A DNA stretch of 64,000 nt from Gammaproteobacteria bacterium. GTDB taxonomy: Bacteria; Pseudomonadota; Gammaproteobacteria; CBDBNL01; G965229495. Within the stretch, counting starts at the first letter, position 1, and every line of letters starts with the position of its first letter. The translations under genes and the position numbers were made by a program. A model generated the notes under the pieces. It did no database searches and was not told the DNA's origin. It was given only the letters and a program-made list of their open reading frames with translations. Shown piece after piece: positions 48,557-57,886 of the stretch. The stretch covers positions 65,937 through 129,936 of the forward strand of contig OZ245880.1 in assembly GCA_965229495.1 (NCBI GenBank). Direction: 5' to 3'.

Positions 48557-49741
48557 ATGATGCCGAATCCAGAGCTCTTGAATGCCAGCGAACTCGAGCT
48601 ACGCCTACGCATAGCGCTATTGGCTTTTCTGCGCCTGGCGCGCGCTCAGGGGCACGTCAACGGCATCGCCGAGAGCATAGAAGTAGCGCGCGCGCTAAAG
48701 CTCATCGACATCCTCGATAAAGACGCCGTACGCACTTGCCTGCGCGCGCTGGTGTGCTCGAACCAGCGCCAGTGGGACGGCTTTCCCGAGCTCTTCGACC
48801 AGTTCTGGCTCGCCAATAACCTCCGCAGCGAAATCACCCCGAACCAGAAAAGCCCGGTGGGTCAACGCCAGGATGGCAAGCAGGGCGGTCAAGCCACCAG
48901 CACGCGCCCGTCTCTGGAGCTCGACCTCGCGGGCGAAGGCAATAGCTCGGCGACCGACCACAGCGGCGCCGCCGACGGCGCCTCGGCCTTTGAAGTCGAC
49001 GATAGCGCCGACTTTGCCTTCATCCAGGACGCCGAGCAAATGCGCGCCGCCGAGCAAGTCGCCGAGAAGATTGCCCGCAGCATGTCGCGCCGCCTGGTGC
49101 GCCGCCTGCGCAGCAGCAAGCAGCCGCGCAAGCTCGACTTGCGCCGAACCCTGCGCGCCGCCATGCCACGCGGCGGCGAACCTTTGAACCTGTTTTATAG
49201 CGCCAGGCAGCGACGCCATTGGCAACTCGTCGTCCTGCTCGACGTCAGTAAATCGATGTCGCTGTATTCGACTTTATTCCTGCGCTTCGCGCGCGGCTTG
49301 CTGAATCTATTTGACCGCGCCAACGTCTTCGCCTTCCACACTCGCTTGGTCTCGCTAACCGCAGCGCTGCAAAGCAGCAACCTCGAAGAGCTGCGCGACC
49401 GCCTCAAGCTGCTGTCGGCGGGTTGGGCTGGCGGCACCAAAATCGGCGAGTCCCTGAGCTATTGTTGCGAGCAGCACGCGCCGTTGTTCACCAAGCGCAC
49501 CATTGTCCTGGTGCTGAGCGATGGCCTCGACACTGGCGACCTCAGCCTGCTGGCGAGCAACCTGCAGCGCATCCGCGCCCGCATCCATCGCCTGGTCTGG
49601 CTCAACCCCTTGCTGGGTCGCGCTGGCTACCAGCCGCGCGCTGGCGGTATGCAAGCGGCGCTGCCGCACATAGATCGCTTTTTGCCCGCCAATAGCCTCC
49701 GCAGCCTCGAAGCTTTGGAAGGCGAGTTCGCGCGTTTGTAG
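48557..49741 (+). CDS. coxE: VWA-domain protein CoxE
   Basis: C-terminal VWA with MIDAS-like VLLDVSKSM...SDGLD. Confidence 0.8.
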   Translation: MMPNPELLNASELELRLRIALLAFLRLARAQGHVNGIAESIEVARALKLIDILDKDAVRTCLRALVCSNQRQWDGFPELFDQFWLANNLRSEITPNQKSPVGQRQDGKQGGQATSTRPSLELDLAGEGNSSATDHSGAADGASAFEVDDSADFAFIQDAEQMRAAEQVAEKIARSMSRRLVRRLRSSKQPRKLDLRRTLRAAMPRGGEPLNLFYSARQRRHWQLVVLLDVSKSMSLYSTLFLRFARGLLNLFDRANVFAFHTRLVSLTAALQSSNLEELRDRLKLLSAGWAGGTKIGESLSYCCEQHAPLFTKRTIVLVLSDGLDTGDLSLLASNLQRIRARIHRLVWLNPLLGRAGYQPRAGGMQAALPHIDRFLPANSLRSLEALEGEFARL

Positions 49742-49743
49742 CC

Positions 49744-50484
49744 ATGCTCCCAGCCGATTTATTGCACGAGGCGCACAAGCTGCAGCAGCAAGGCAAGGTC
49801 TTGGCGCTGGCGACCGTGGTGCGCACCGAGGCTTCGACCTCCGCCAAAGCTGGCGCCAAAGCCCTGGTAGACTCCGAGGGCACCATATCTGGCTGGGTCG
49901 GTGGCGGCTGCGCCCAGCCCGCCGTAGTCAAAGCTGCCCAGCTAGTGTTAGCAGATCAGCAGCCGCGCTTGATCCGCGTCAGCCCCAAGTCGGATAGGGT
50001 GCATCCAGAGGGCATCATCAATTACGCCTCCAGTTGCTCCAGCGGTGGCATGCTGGATATCTTCATTGAGCCTATGACCACCCGCCACATCGTCGCCATC
50101 TTCGGCAGCTCGCCACTAGCCGCAGACTTGGCGAAGCTCTGCCCAATGGCTGGCTTTGAGGCGCGCCCTTGCGCCGCCGAAGCTGAGGCACCCACGCAAG
50201 CGCTGCCCCCCTTCGCCGTAGTAGTCGCCACCCAGGGCCGAGGCGATATGCCAGCCCTGCGCGCCGCACTCGGCTCGGCAGCTCGCAACATCTTGTTGGT
50301 CGCCAGCGCCAACAAATCGGCGCGGTTACGCCAGCAGCTCGTAGAGCAAGGCCACGACCCGGAGCGCGTCGCCAGCGTCAAAGCGCCTTGCGGCGTCGAC
50401 ATTGGCGCCAGCACCCCAGCCGAGATCGCCTTCTCGGTTGTGGCGGAGTTGATACGGCTGAAAAACAGCCCTAACGAAAAGTGA
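49744..50484 (+). CDS. coxF: XdhC/CoxF family Moco insertion/sulfuration factor
   Basis: 246 aa, XdhC_CoxI N- and Rossmann-like C-domains. Confidence 0.75.
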   Translation: MLPADLLHEAHKLQQQGKVLALATVVRTEASTSAKAGAKALVDSEGTISGWVGGGCAQPAVVKAAQLVLADQQPRLIRVSPKSDRVHPEGIINYASSCSSGGMLDIFIEPMTTRHIVAIFGSSPLAADLAKLCPMAGFEARPCAAEAEAPTQALPPFAVVVATQGRGDMPALRAALGSAARNILLVASANKSARLRQQLVEQGHDPERVASVKAPCGVDIGASTPAEIAFSVVAELIRLKNSPNEK

Positions 50485-51095
50485 AAGTATCAGCCGTACT
50501 ACTAGCCGCGGGTGAGTCCAAGCGCATGGGCGCGGTCAATAAACTGACCTTGCCCATCAATGGCGAGTCCTTGGTTAGGCGCAGCGCCAAAACCCTATTG
50601 AAAGTCGGGTTACAAGAGATCGTCTGCGTACTCGGCCACGAGTCCGAGCGCGTAGCCGAGCTCTTAGCCGATTTAGCAGTACGCCCGGTCGTCAATGCCA
50701 GCTACCAGGACGGGCAAATGACCTCGGTAGCAAGCGGTCTCGCCGCCCTGCAACAAGACTGCGACGCCATCTTCATCTGCCTCGCCGACCAGCCCTTGCT
50801 CTCGGCGCACGAGCTCAACGTGCTCATCGCCAATTTTGAAGATTGCCGCGATAAGTCCATCGTCGTGCCCTACCACCAAGGCCAGCGCGGTAACCCCATA
50901 TTGCTGGCGGCGCGGCACCACCAGGACATCCTCGCGGGCGAGATCAATTTGGGTTGCAAAGGGCTGATAAAGCAGCATCCAGAGCTAGTCGCCAGCGTCG
51001 AGATGACGCGAGATTACTGCGTAGTCGATATGGATACGCCCAGCGATTACCAGGCGGTCTGCAAGCGCTTCAAGTATTCGCCCCCTTCATCGTAG
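50481..51095 (+). CDS. mocA: Molybdenum cofactor cytidylyltransferase (MobA-like NTP transferase)
   Basis: LLAAGESKRMG...NK nucleotide-binding N-terminus; consistent with MCD-type Moco in form-I CODH. Confidence 0.75.
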   Translation: MKVSAVLLAAGESKRMGAVNKLTLPINGESLVRRSAKTLLKVGLQEIVCVLGHESERVAELLADLAVRPVVNASYQDGQMTSVASGLAALQQDCDAIFICLADQPLLSAHELNVLIANFEDCRDKSIVVPYHQGQRGNPILLAARHHQDILAGEINLGCKGLIKQHPELVASVEMTRDYCVVDMDTPSDYQAVCKRFKYSPPSS

Positions 51096-51097
51096 CA

Positions 51098-51886
51098 ATG
51101 AGCAAAGACATCCACCAAATCATCCACGAAATGTACCAGCGCGGCAACCCCTTCGCCGTCGCCACCGTAGTTGAAACCACGGGTTCGTCCTCGGCAAAAA
51201 TCTCCTCCAAAGCCGTGATCGACCAGGCTGGGCGCGTAGTCGCCGGCTGGGTCGGCGGCGGTTGCGCCGAGTCCGGCACTTGCACCCAAGCCTTGGAGTG
51301 CATGAAAAGCGGCGAAGCGGCTATACTCGATATCGACTTGGACGACGAAGTCCTCGGCGCCGGTATGCCCTGCGGCGGCAGTATGCGCGTCTACATCGAG
51401 CCCATAATCCAAAAGCCGACCTTGTGGATTATGGGGCACGGGCGCGTCGCCGAAAGCCTGTGCGTCATGGCTGAGTTAATGAGCATCAAAACCGTAGTCA
51501 ACGACCCGATCCTGGAGCCGGAAAAATACCCGCCCAACACCACCTTGATCACCGACGATATCAACTACGCCCAGCTCAAACCGCTGGAATGCGATTACGT
51601 CGTCATCGCCACCCAACACAAAGGCGACCACGAATCGATGCAAATTGCCTTGAAGTCGCAAGCCAGCTACATCGCGCTCATCGCCAGCCGCAAGCGCGCC
51701 CAGCTCGTGCTCGATTATTTGCGAGAGCAAGGCTTCAGCCAGCAGGAGATTGCCGAGCGCGTCCTCGCCCCCGCCGGCCTCGACCTCGGCGCCCGCACCC
51801 CCGAAGAAATCGCCTTATGCGTCTTGAGCGAAATAACCCTGCGCCGCCGCGGCGGCTCCGGCCGACCTATGGCGCAGATGGGCTAA
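51098..51886 (+). CDS. Second XdhC/CoxI family protein
   Basis: Start taken at ATG 51098 (MSKDIHQII...); the tracked ORF start 50954 overlaps mocA. XdhC-like domains. Confidence 0.7.
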   Translation: MSKDIHQIIHEMYQRGNPFAVATVVETTGSSSAKISSKAVIDQAGRVVAGWVGGGCAESGTCTQALECMKSGEAAILDIDLDDEVLGAGMPCGGSMRVYIEPIIQKPTLWIMGHGRVAESLCVMAELMSIKTVVNDPILEPEKYPPNTTLITDDINYAQLKPLECDYVVIATQHKGDHESMQIALKSQASYIALIASRKRAQLVLDYLREQGFSQQEIAERVLAPAGLDLGARTPEEIALCVLSEITLRRRGGSGRPMAQMG

Positions 51887-51899
51887 GAGTTAAGGTGCC

Positions 51900-53117
51900 G
51901 TGCAATCCCTGCGTTCGCAATTCCCCATCTTCGGCGAGCAAGCTCGCCGCCAGCCGCTGCGCTACCTCGACAACGCCGCCACTACCCTCAAGCCATTAGC
52001 GGTCATCGATGCCATCAGCGACTGCCAAAGCCGCTTTAACGGCCCAGTGCACCGCGGGCTCTACGAATTGGCGGAGCAAGCCAGCCAGCACTACGAAGCC
52101 GCGCGCCAGCGCGTAGCGCAATTTGTCAACGCTCCCAGCCTTGAGAACATCGTCTTCACCGCCTCGGCAACGCAATCGATCAACCTGGTAGCTATGGCCT
52201 GGGCGCAGCAGCACATCGGCGCTGGCGATCAGATCTACCTCACGCGCTTGGAGCACCACAGCAACTACCTGCCTTGGCAGCGGTTGTGCTGGCAACGCCA
52301 AGCGCGCCTCAAGCTCATCGAACTCAAAGCCGACGGCAGTCTCGACCTTGACGGCGCCGAGGATCTATTTAGCCCACGCACCAAACTCATCGCCCTCAGC
52401 CACGCCTCCAACGTCACTGGCCTGCTGCTGCCGGTAGAGCAAATCTGCGCGCGCGCCCGCGCTGCTAACATCCCCACCGTGGTCGATAGCGCCCAAGCCG
52501 TGCACCATCAAGCTATAGACGTCCAAGCGCTCGGCTGCGACTTCTTAGCCTTCTCTGGGCATAAAATCTTCGGGCCCAATGGCATCGGCGTGCTCTACAT
52601 AAGCCCCAGCTACTTGGGGCAAATGCAGCCGCTCATGCTCGGTGGCGGCATGGTCGACAGCGTCGGCGCCGACTTTGCCAGCACGCAATTCGCCGAACCG
52701 CCTGCCAGCCTCGAAGCTGGATCGCAAAACCTGAGCGGCGCCCACGGCCTCGCCGCTGCTATAGACTTCTTGGAGACCACGCGCGCTCGCGCTGGCAGCG
52801 AATACCTCACCAAACTCGTCAGCGCCGCCAAGCAGCAACTGCGCGCCATTCCTGGAGTCGAGCTCTTGCCTTGCCCCGAAGACCAAGCCGGATCATTATT
52901 CGCCTTCAACCTCAGCGGCGTCCACCCACACGACGTCGCCCAAGTCGCCGCCGAAAGCAACTTGGCGCTGCGCGCTGGGCATCACTGCGCCCAGCCCTTG
53001 ATGCAATCTTTGGGAATAGCCGCCAGCGTCCGCGCCAGCTTCTCTTTTTATAACGACGCCGACGACATCGAAGCATTAGTCAGCGCCGTCCACCGCGCCC
53101 GCAAGGAATTTGCCTAA
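51900..53117 (+). CDS. sufS: Cysteine desulfurase (SufS/CsdA class V aminotransferase)
   Basis: 405 aa; PLP site FSGHKIFGPNGIG, catalytic Cys in HHCAQPL. Confidence 0.85.
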   Translation: MQSLRSQFPIFGEQARRQPLRYLDNAATTLKPLAVIDAISDCQSRFNGPVHRGLYELAEQASQHYEAARQRVAQFVNAPSLENIVFTASATQSINLVAMAWAQQHIGAGDQIYLTRLEHHSNYLPWQRLCWQRQARLKLIELKADGSLDLDGAEDLFSPRTKLIALSHASNVTGLLLPVEQICARARAANIPTVVDSAQAVHHQAIDVQALGCDFLAFSGHKIFGPNGIGVLYISPSYLGQMQPLMLGGGMVDSVGADFASTQFAEPPASLEAGSQNLSGAHGLAAAIDFLETTRARAGSEYLTKLVSAAKQQLRAIPGVELLPCPEDQAGSLFAFNLSGVHPHDVAQVAAESNLALRAGHHCAQPLMQSLGIAASVRASFSFYNDADDIEALVSAVHRARKEFA

Positions 53118-53641
53118 TGAGCGACATTGACAGAGACCAACTCAAACGCTTAGTCTTAGACCATTACAAAAAACCGCGCAACCGGGTTAGTGAACCAATG
53201 ACCGACGCCAGCGTCGTCGAACGCGGCCATAACCCGCAATGCGGCGATGAGATTGAAGTCGGACTTTACATTGAAGATCAAACAATCCGCGATATTAAAT
53301 TCCGCGGCCGCGGCTGCTCCATCTGCATAGCCACCGCCTCAATAATGACCGAGCACATTAAAGGCCAAACCCTCACAGCAAGCACCCAACTCGCCACCAC
53401 CACCCTCCACTGGCTCAAACACGAAATCCATACCAGCGCCAACTCCAACTCCAAAATTAACACCACCACCAACACTAATACCAATGCTAATGCCAACACC
53501 AACCTCACCTCAACACCTCCAACAGCGCCACCCATCCCGGCAATGGCCATCGCCCTCAACTTCCCCATCCGCTGGCGCTGCACCAGCCTCGCCTGGCAAG
53601 CCCTCCACACCGCCTTAACCGCAAGCACACGTACCGATTAA
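53117..53641 (+). CDS. sufU: SufU/IscU-like sulfur acceptor with Asn/Thr-rich linker
   Basis: QCGDEIEVGL...GRGCSICIATAS and C-terminal FPIRWRCTSLAWQAL match SufU (B. subtilis FPARIKCATLSWKAL). An unusual insert, NTTTNTNTNANANTN, lies between them. Confidence 0.75.
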   Translation: MSDIDRDQLKRLVLDHYKKPRNRVSEPMTDASVVERGHNPQCGDEIEVGLYIEDQTIRDIKFRGRGCSICIATASIMTEHIKGQTLTASTQLATTTLHWLKHEIHTSANSNSKINTTTNTNTNANANTNLTSTPPTAPPIPAMAIALNFPIRWRCTSLAWQALHTALTASTRTD

Positions 53642-53835
53642 GCGCCAAAATCCAAGCCAATCGGTGTTTATCTGTGTGCATCTATGCTTCGATACGCGAT
53701 GCTTGATCGAGCCGGGGGTGAGCCCTAACTGGCCTTGGTTGGGTGCTGCACTAACGTGGGCTTATTTGCCCATATGTTGGTCTCAAGCGCTCACTACACG
53801 GCGGGCGAGACGCCACGCGCTCCTAAGCCGGTGTT
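53412..53835. repeat. Duplicated segment copy 1: sufU 3' end + MITE-like L...R repeat
   Basis: Re-occurs at 55822-56250 (about 85% identical, with a ~50-bp indel). Confidence 0.75.
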
Positions 53836-53850
53836 TGCCCGGCTATGCTG

Positions 53851-54030
53851 CTAATCAGCTTCGAGTTTCTTGAGTATTTTGTTGGCTAGCGGCTCTTTAA
53901 TCTCCCTATGCCTTGGTACGGCCTCAACTACTCCTATCTTTGGGTTGACCCATAGCGAGTGAGATCGGCCTTCTCTTTTAAGATAACAGCCAGCCATACG
54001 CAGCTTACGCTCCAAGTCCAAGCGCTTCAT
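53851..54030 (-). CDS. hicA: HicA toxin (mRNA interferase)
   Basis: 59 aa, MKRLDLERKLRMAGCYLKREGRSHSLWVNPKIGVVEAVP... with the HicA GSH(x)W motif. Overlaps the hicB 3' end by 26 nt; not in the ORF track (<60 aa). Confidence 0.7.
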   Translation of the reverse strand: MKRLDLERKLRMAGCYLKREGRSHSLWVNPKIGVVEAVPRHREIKEPLANKILKKLEAD

Positions 54031-54244
54031 TTACTAGAATCTTATCTCTGATAGCATTCGCTGGCAGTCCTCGCAAAACATCCTCGCGTAAGTCTTGCAA
54101 AATAAGTTCTACGGCGCTTCTTAGATTTTCCTTGGTTGCTTCTATGGTCTCGCCCTGTCCATTAGCACCAGGCACCTCGAGGCAGATTGCCCAGTAGCCG
54201 CCTTCAGGCGCTTCTTCAATTATGGCAGTAAATTCTGATTGCAT
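54005..54244 (-). CDS. hicB: HicB antitoxin
   Basis: 79 aa, MQSEFTAIIEEAPEGGYWAICLEVPGANGQGETIEATKENL..., HicB RNase-H-like fold. Confidence 0.75.
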   Translation of the reverse strand: MQSEFTAIIEEAPEGGYWAICLEVPGANGQGETIEATKENLRSAVELILQDLREDVLRGLPANAIRDKILVNEALGLGA

Positions 54245-54324
54245 TTTTAATGCTCCTTATAGCGGATAAACTTGTCTCTTTTCACTCAATTTCTAGCAAT
54301 ATCTCTTTGTTCTGTTCATTGCTG

Positions 54325-55494
54325 CTATCTTGGTATTTGGGAGCAGGAGACTTCTTGGGTGTCGCCGTAGCGTGTGTCTTTTATGCTGGCTCGGCCTGTG
54401 CTTGATGAATATCCTAAGACTACATAGGTGAATGAAACGAGGTTTCCTGAGTAGGTGAATGTTTTGCCAGCGTAAACATGACTGCAAGGATCTTGCCTAA
54501 CCGCTGTGCTTGAAGAAGACTTACTGCTAGTCGAAGTGGAGCTGCTTTTATTTGAGCCATTTACCAAGTTTTCGTAGGCTTCTTGAGCTGATGAGTGTCC
54601 CTGCTTACCCGATTTACGGCACCAATACATGGCTTGATTTTTATCGGGAACGACCCCGATAGCCTCGCGATAAGCTTTGCATAAACCCCATTGACCGTAC
54701 TTATTACCCTGCTCGGCGGATAAAGTCCACCATTCAAAAGCCTTATCGTCGTCTTGGCCTACGCCTTTACCGTTAGCATACATCCAGCCTAAGCTGTACT
54801 GGGCGCTGGCATGGTTTTGCTCAGCGGCCTTGCGATACCACTTGACTGCTTCGGCATCGTTTTGCTCTACGCCTCTACCATTTGCATACATCCAGCCTAA
54901 GTTGTACTGAGCACTAGCATAACCTTGCTCGGCGGCCTTGCGGTACCACCTAACTGCTTCGGCATCGTTTTGCTCTACGCCTCTACCATTTGCATACATC
55001 CAGCCTAAGTTGTACTGAGCACTAGCATAACCTTGCTCGGCGGCCTTGCGGTACCACCTAACTGCTTCGGCATCGTTTTGCTCTACGCCTCTACCATTTG
55101 CATACATCCAGCCTAAATTAGCTTGAGCTATTTGATCGCCAGATTCGGCTAGTGCAACCATACCGGCAAATGCTTCTTCGTAGAGAGCCTTAGACCTAGA
55201 CGTATCTGCCTCTACCACTGAGCCATTTTTATAAAAAACAGCTAGGTTGTATAAGCCGATTGGATTATCCTGACTGGCAGATTTTTGCGCCCATCCGAAG
55301 GCTGCATCCAAGTCTTTTGCTACGCCATAGCCCCTTCTAAGCATACCGCTGAGCACGCCTTGGGAGTAAGCGTCGTCGGCTTGAGCACGCTGGAGAATTT
55401 CTGGATAGCTATTGATAGAGGTATCCTCGGCTATTGCGGCTGCAGGCAGTAGAGCAAGCAGCAGGGCGAGGAAAGTAAGTTTTGGTTTGTGCAT
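54325..55494 (-). CDS. Secreted Sel1-like repeat (SLR/TPR-like) protein
   Basis: Signal peptide followed by at least 7 Sel1 repeats (GxxYxxGxGVxQDxxxAxxWYxKAAxQG). Confidence 0.8.
   Translation of the reverse strand: MHKPKLTFLALLLALLPAAAIAEDTSINSYPEILQRAQADDAYSQGVLSGMLRRGYGVAKDLDAAFGWAQKSASQDNPIGLYNLAVFYKNGSVVEADTSRSKALYEEAFAGMVALAESGDQIAQANLGWMYANGRGVEQNDAEAVRWYRKAAEQGYASAQYNLGWMYANGRGVEQNDAEAVRWYRKAAEQGYASAQYNLGWMYANGRGVEQNDAEAVKWYRKAAEQNHASAQYSLGWMYANGKGVGQDDDKAFEWWTLSAEQGNKYGQWGLCKAYREAIGVVPDKNQAMYWCRKSGKQGHSSAQEAYENLVNGSNKSSSTSTSSKSSSSTAVRQDPCSHVYAGKTFTYSGNLVSFTYVVLGYSSSTGRASIKDTRYGDTQEVSCSQIPR
54780..55120. repeat. 108-bp tandem repeat x3 inside the Sel1 gene (two copies identical)
   Basis: catccagcctaagttgtactgagcactagcataaccttgctcggcggccttgcggtaccacctaactgcttcggcatcgttttgctctacgcctctaccatttgcata occurs twice perfectly plus one diverged copy. 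Confidence 0.8.
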
Positions 55495-55805
55495 GGCTTG
55501 ATTTTTGGGAATTGCGAATTCCTGGGATTATAGCAAGCGCGGCTAAGGGCAAATAACGTAAGTCTATACACCTATAGCTAATGCTAACCTGAATTCATTG
55601 GATAATCCGCAAGAATCCCATCGATTTGGGTTAAGTGGTTTATGTTTTGGGGCTTGTTGACAGTCCAAGTGTTGGTGATGAGACCGAGTTGGTGGCGCGG
55701 TGGAGGTTTTGGGAGGTAAAGTCTTGGTGGTGGGGCGCCCGGGCTTGGTAGATGAGGTCGGGGAGTGAGTTGGCGAGTTGATCAATAAGGCGGTGGGGTG
55801 AAGCG

Positions 55806-55994
55806 TTGGGTTGGTGCTTAGGGGGGCTAAAACACGAAATCAACACCAGCACCGCCCCCACCTCAACCCCTCCAATAGCACCACCCATCCCGGCAATGGC
55901 CATCGCCCTCAACTTCCCCATCCGCTGGCGCTGCACCAGCCTCGCCTGGCAAGCCCTCCACACCGCCTTAAGCACAAGCACACGTACCGATTAA
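55806..55994 (+). pseudogene. Duplicated 3' fragment of sufU (encodes ...PAMAIALNFPIRWRCTSLAWQALHTAL...)
   Basis: Copy 2 of the 53412-53835 segment; lacks the sufU N-terminal two-thirds. Confidence 0.55.
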
Positions 55995-56250
55995 ATGCCA
56001 AAATCTAAGCCAATGTTAAGAATTGGCAGTGTTGCATAGATGATCTGTGATTGCTACCAAGACAATCAATGTCTCTCTGTGTGCATCTGTGGCTCGATAA
56101 GCGATGCTTGATCGAGCAGGTGGTGAGATGCCGCGCCCTGGTGGGCTCGGTTGGGCGCGGTGATTATGTGGGCTTATTTGCCCAAAGACCGAAGCTGACG
56201 GCTTCATTTTTTACACGGCGTGGCGAGACGCCACGCGCTCCTAAGGAAAC
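55995..56250. repeat. MITE-like L...R repeat copy (part of duplicated segment copy 2)
   Basis: tgtgtgcatctgtggctcgataagcgatgcttgatcgagc ... gtgggcttatttgccca ... acacggcgtggcgagacgccacgcgctcctaagg; hairpin cgtggcg-aga-cgccacg. Confidence 0.7.
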
Positions 56251-56354
56251 TCTGATTAATTCTATTGTGGAGGCAAACTTTAAGTTTGCGTGAGTGGGTG
56301 TGCTGGGTGGGTTTATCGATACTGGCAATGCGGCGAATGCAGCTATAATCGCCT

Positions 56355-56466
56355 TAAATTATGCGGTGATTATTATATGGATACATCAGCATCGAAATTG
56401 TCCGAACTTTTCTTGGGATGCTGCCGCTCTTGCTGGTGAGCTGGCTGCTGTGAGCGTGCAAAGTTG
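56355..56466 (+). pseudogene. Truncated 5' fragment of fic, including conserved promoter-like upstream region from ~56310
   Basis: About 85% identical to 59710-59860. Start codon is mutated ATG>ATA; reads WIHQHRNCPNFSWDAAALAGELAAV then stops. Confidence 0.55.
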
Positions 56467-56506
56467 ATAAAGGCTTCAGTTATTAGCTGGCATGGTTGTG
56501 CTGGCG

Positions 56507-57061
56507 CTAGTAGGCTGTGGATGTTTTGGTGGTGGTTTGGCTTAGGCGCTTTTTAATGCGGCTGAGGGCGACTGGGGTTATGCCGAGGTAGCGGGCGATG
56601 TCGTTTTGCGTGAGCTTTTCGATGAGCTCTGGGTCGTTGTTGCAGATATTCAGGTAGCGCTCTTCGGCGCTGAGGCTGAGGAAGTCGTATTCGCGCTGCT
56701 CTTTGCGCAGATAGAGCCCTAGCAATTTTTGGATTACTTCTTCGGCGATGGCGTGTGATTCGTGCGTTGCTCGCAAGAGCTGGGCAAAGGGGATGCGAAT
56801 TAACTGAGCTGGCTCCAGCGCCACGAGGCTGAAGGTGCAGGGTAAGCCCTGGTGCGCGGCGCTGAGGCTGCCGATGATGCTGCCAGCGCGGATGAAGGAT
56901 TTGATGCCTTCTTTGCCATCGGACGAGATGTAGTAAGCCTTGAGCAGACCGGCGACGACGAAATACATGCTGTCGTCCAAATCACCCTGGTAAAACACGA
57001 TTTCGTGCTTTGCCAGCGCCAGCGGCGCGCCGCGCTGCTGGATAAATTCTGCAAGTGTCAT
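56507..57061 (-). CDS. Crp/Fnr family transcriptional regulator
   Basis: 184 aa; N-terminal cNMP-binding beta-roll and C-terminal HTH (RYLGITPVALSRIKKRL). Confidence 0.8.
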   Translation of the reverse strand: MTLAEFIQQRGAPLALAKHEIVFYQGDLDDSMYFVVAGLLKAYYISSDGKEGIKSFIRAGSIIGSLSAAHQGLPCTFSLVALEPAQLIRIPFAQLLRATHESHAIAEEVIQKLLGLYLRKEQREYDFLSLSAEERYLNICNNDPELIEKLTQNDIARYLGITPVALSRIKKRLSQTTTKTSTAY

Positions 57062-57147
57062 GGCGAGATTTTAACTTGGGTTAATGCTTTGATATTCTTG
57101 AGGCGCACAATGGTTGAATACAGGCAAGGATCAACATGGAAAGATGA

Positions 57148-57882
57148 ATGGCTATTAAAGATAAAACTATTGTCATCACTGGAGGTAGCTCTGGCATTGG
57201 CTATCAAATGCTGCGCTTGCTGCATTCTGCCAATAGGGTTTTGGTTATTGCTCGGCCTAGGCCTCGGCTGGAGGCATTGGCGCAGGAGTTTACTGGGGTA
57301 GAGCTTTATCCGGCTGATTTATCGAAGCCGCAGGAGTACGAGGCGGTGGCAACGCGCATTGGCCAGCAGCATCAGCATATAGACGTGCTAATCAATAACG
57401 CTGCCAGTCAGCACACGCCGACTTATCAAGACGATGATTTTAGTTACGCCGCTATTGCGCCGGAGATTAACTTGAATTTTACTGCTGTGTGCTCGCTGAG
57501 TTATTTGCTGCTGCCAATGCTTCTGCGCGCTAACCAGCAAGCGGTTATTGCCAATGTCAATTCCGGCCTGGCGCTAGCGCCCAAAACTAACTCGGCGGTT
57601 TATTGCGCTACCAAGGCGGCAATGGACGCTTTTTCTCGAAGCCTGAGCTATCAGCTAGAGGGCGGCAATGTGATGGTGATGCAGGCTTTTCTGCCTTTGG
57701 TCGATACGCCGATGACGCAGGGGCGTGGCAGCGGCAAGATGTCGGCGGCGCAAGCGGCGACAGAGATTTTGCGCGGTATTGAGCAGGGCGATAAAATCAG
57801 AGATATTGGCAAGGTGAAATTGCTGCGCTTGTTATTGGCTTTTGCTCCCGGCTTGGCGAGACGGATAATGCGAGGTTCATGA
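57148..57882 (+). CDS. SDR family oxidoreductase
   Basis: TGGSSGIG cofactor motif and a YCATKAA catalytic motif. Confidence 0.8.
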   Translation: MAIKDKTIVITGGSSGIGYQMLRLLHSANRVLVIARPRPRLEALAQEFTGVELYPADLSKPQEYEAVATRIGQQHQHIDVLINNAASQHTPTYQDDDFSYAAIAPEINLNFTAVCSLSYLLLPMLLRANQQAVIANVNSGLALAPKTNSAVYCATKAAMDAFSRSLSYQLEGGNVMVMQAFLPLVDTPMTQGRGSGKMSAAQAATEILRGIEQGDKIRDIGKVKLLRLLLAFAPGLARRIMRGS

Positions 57883-57886
57883 GCTT

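Noticed and set aside
53278-53628. Minus-strand ORF antisense to the sufU 3' end (and its twin 55640-55981) encoding MGKLRAMAIAGMGG...
   Set aside because: It is conserved only because the underlying DNA is duplicated. The sense frame matches the SufU C-terminal Cys motif.
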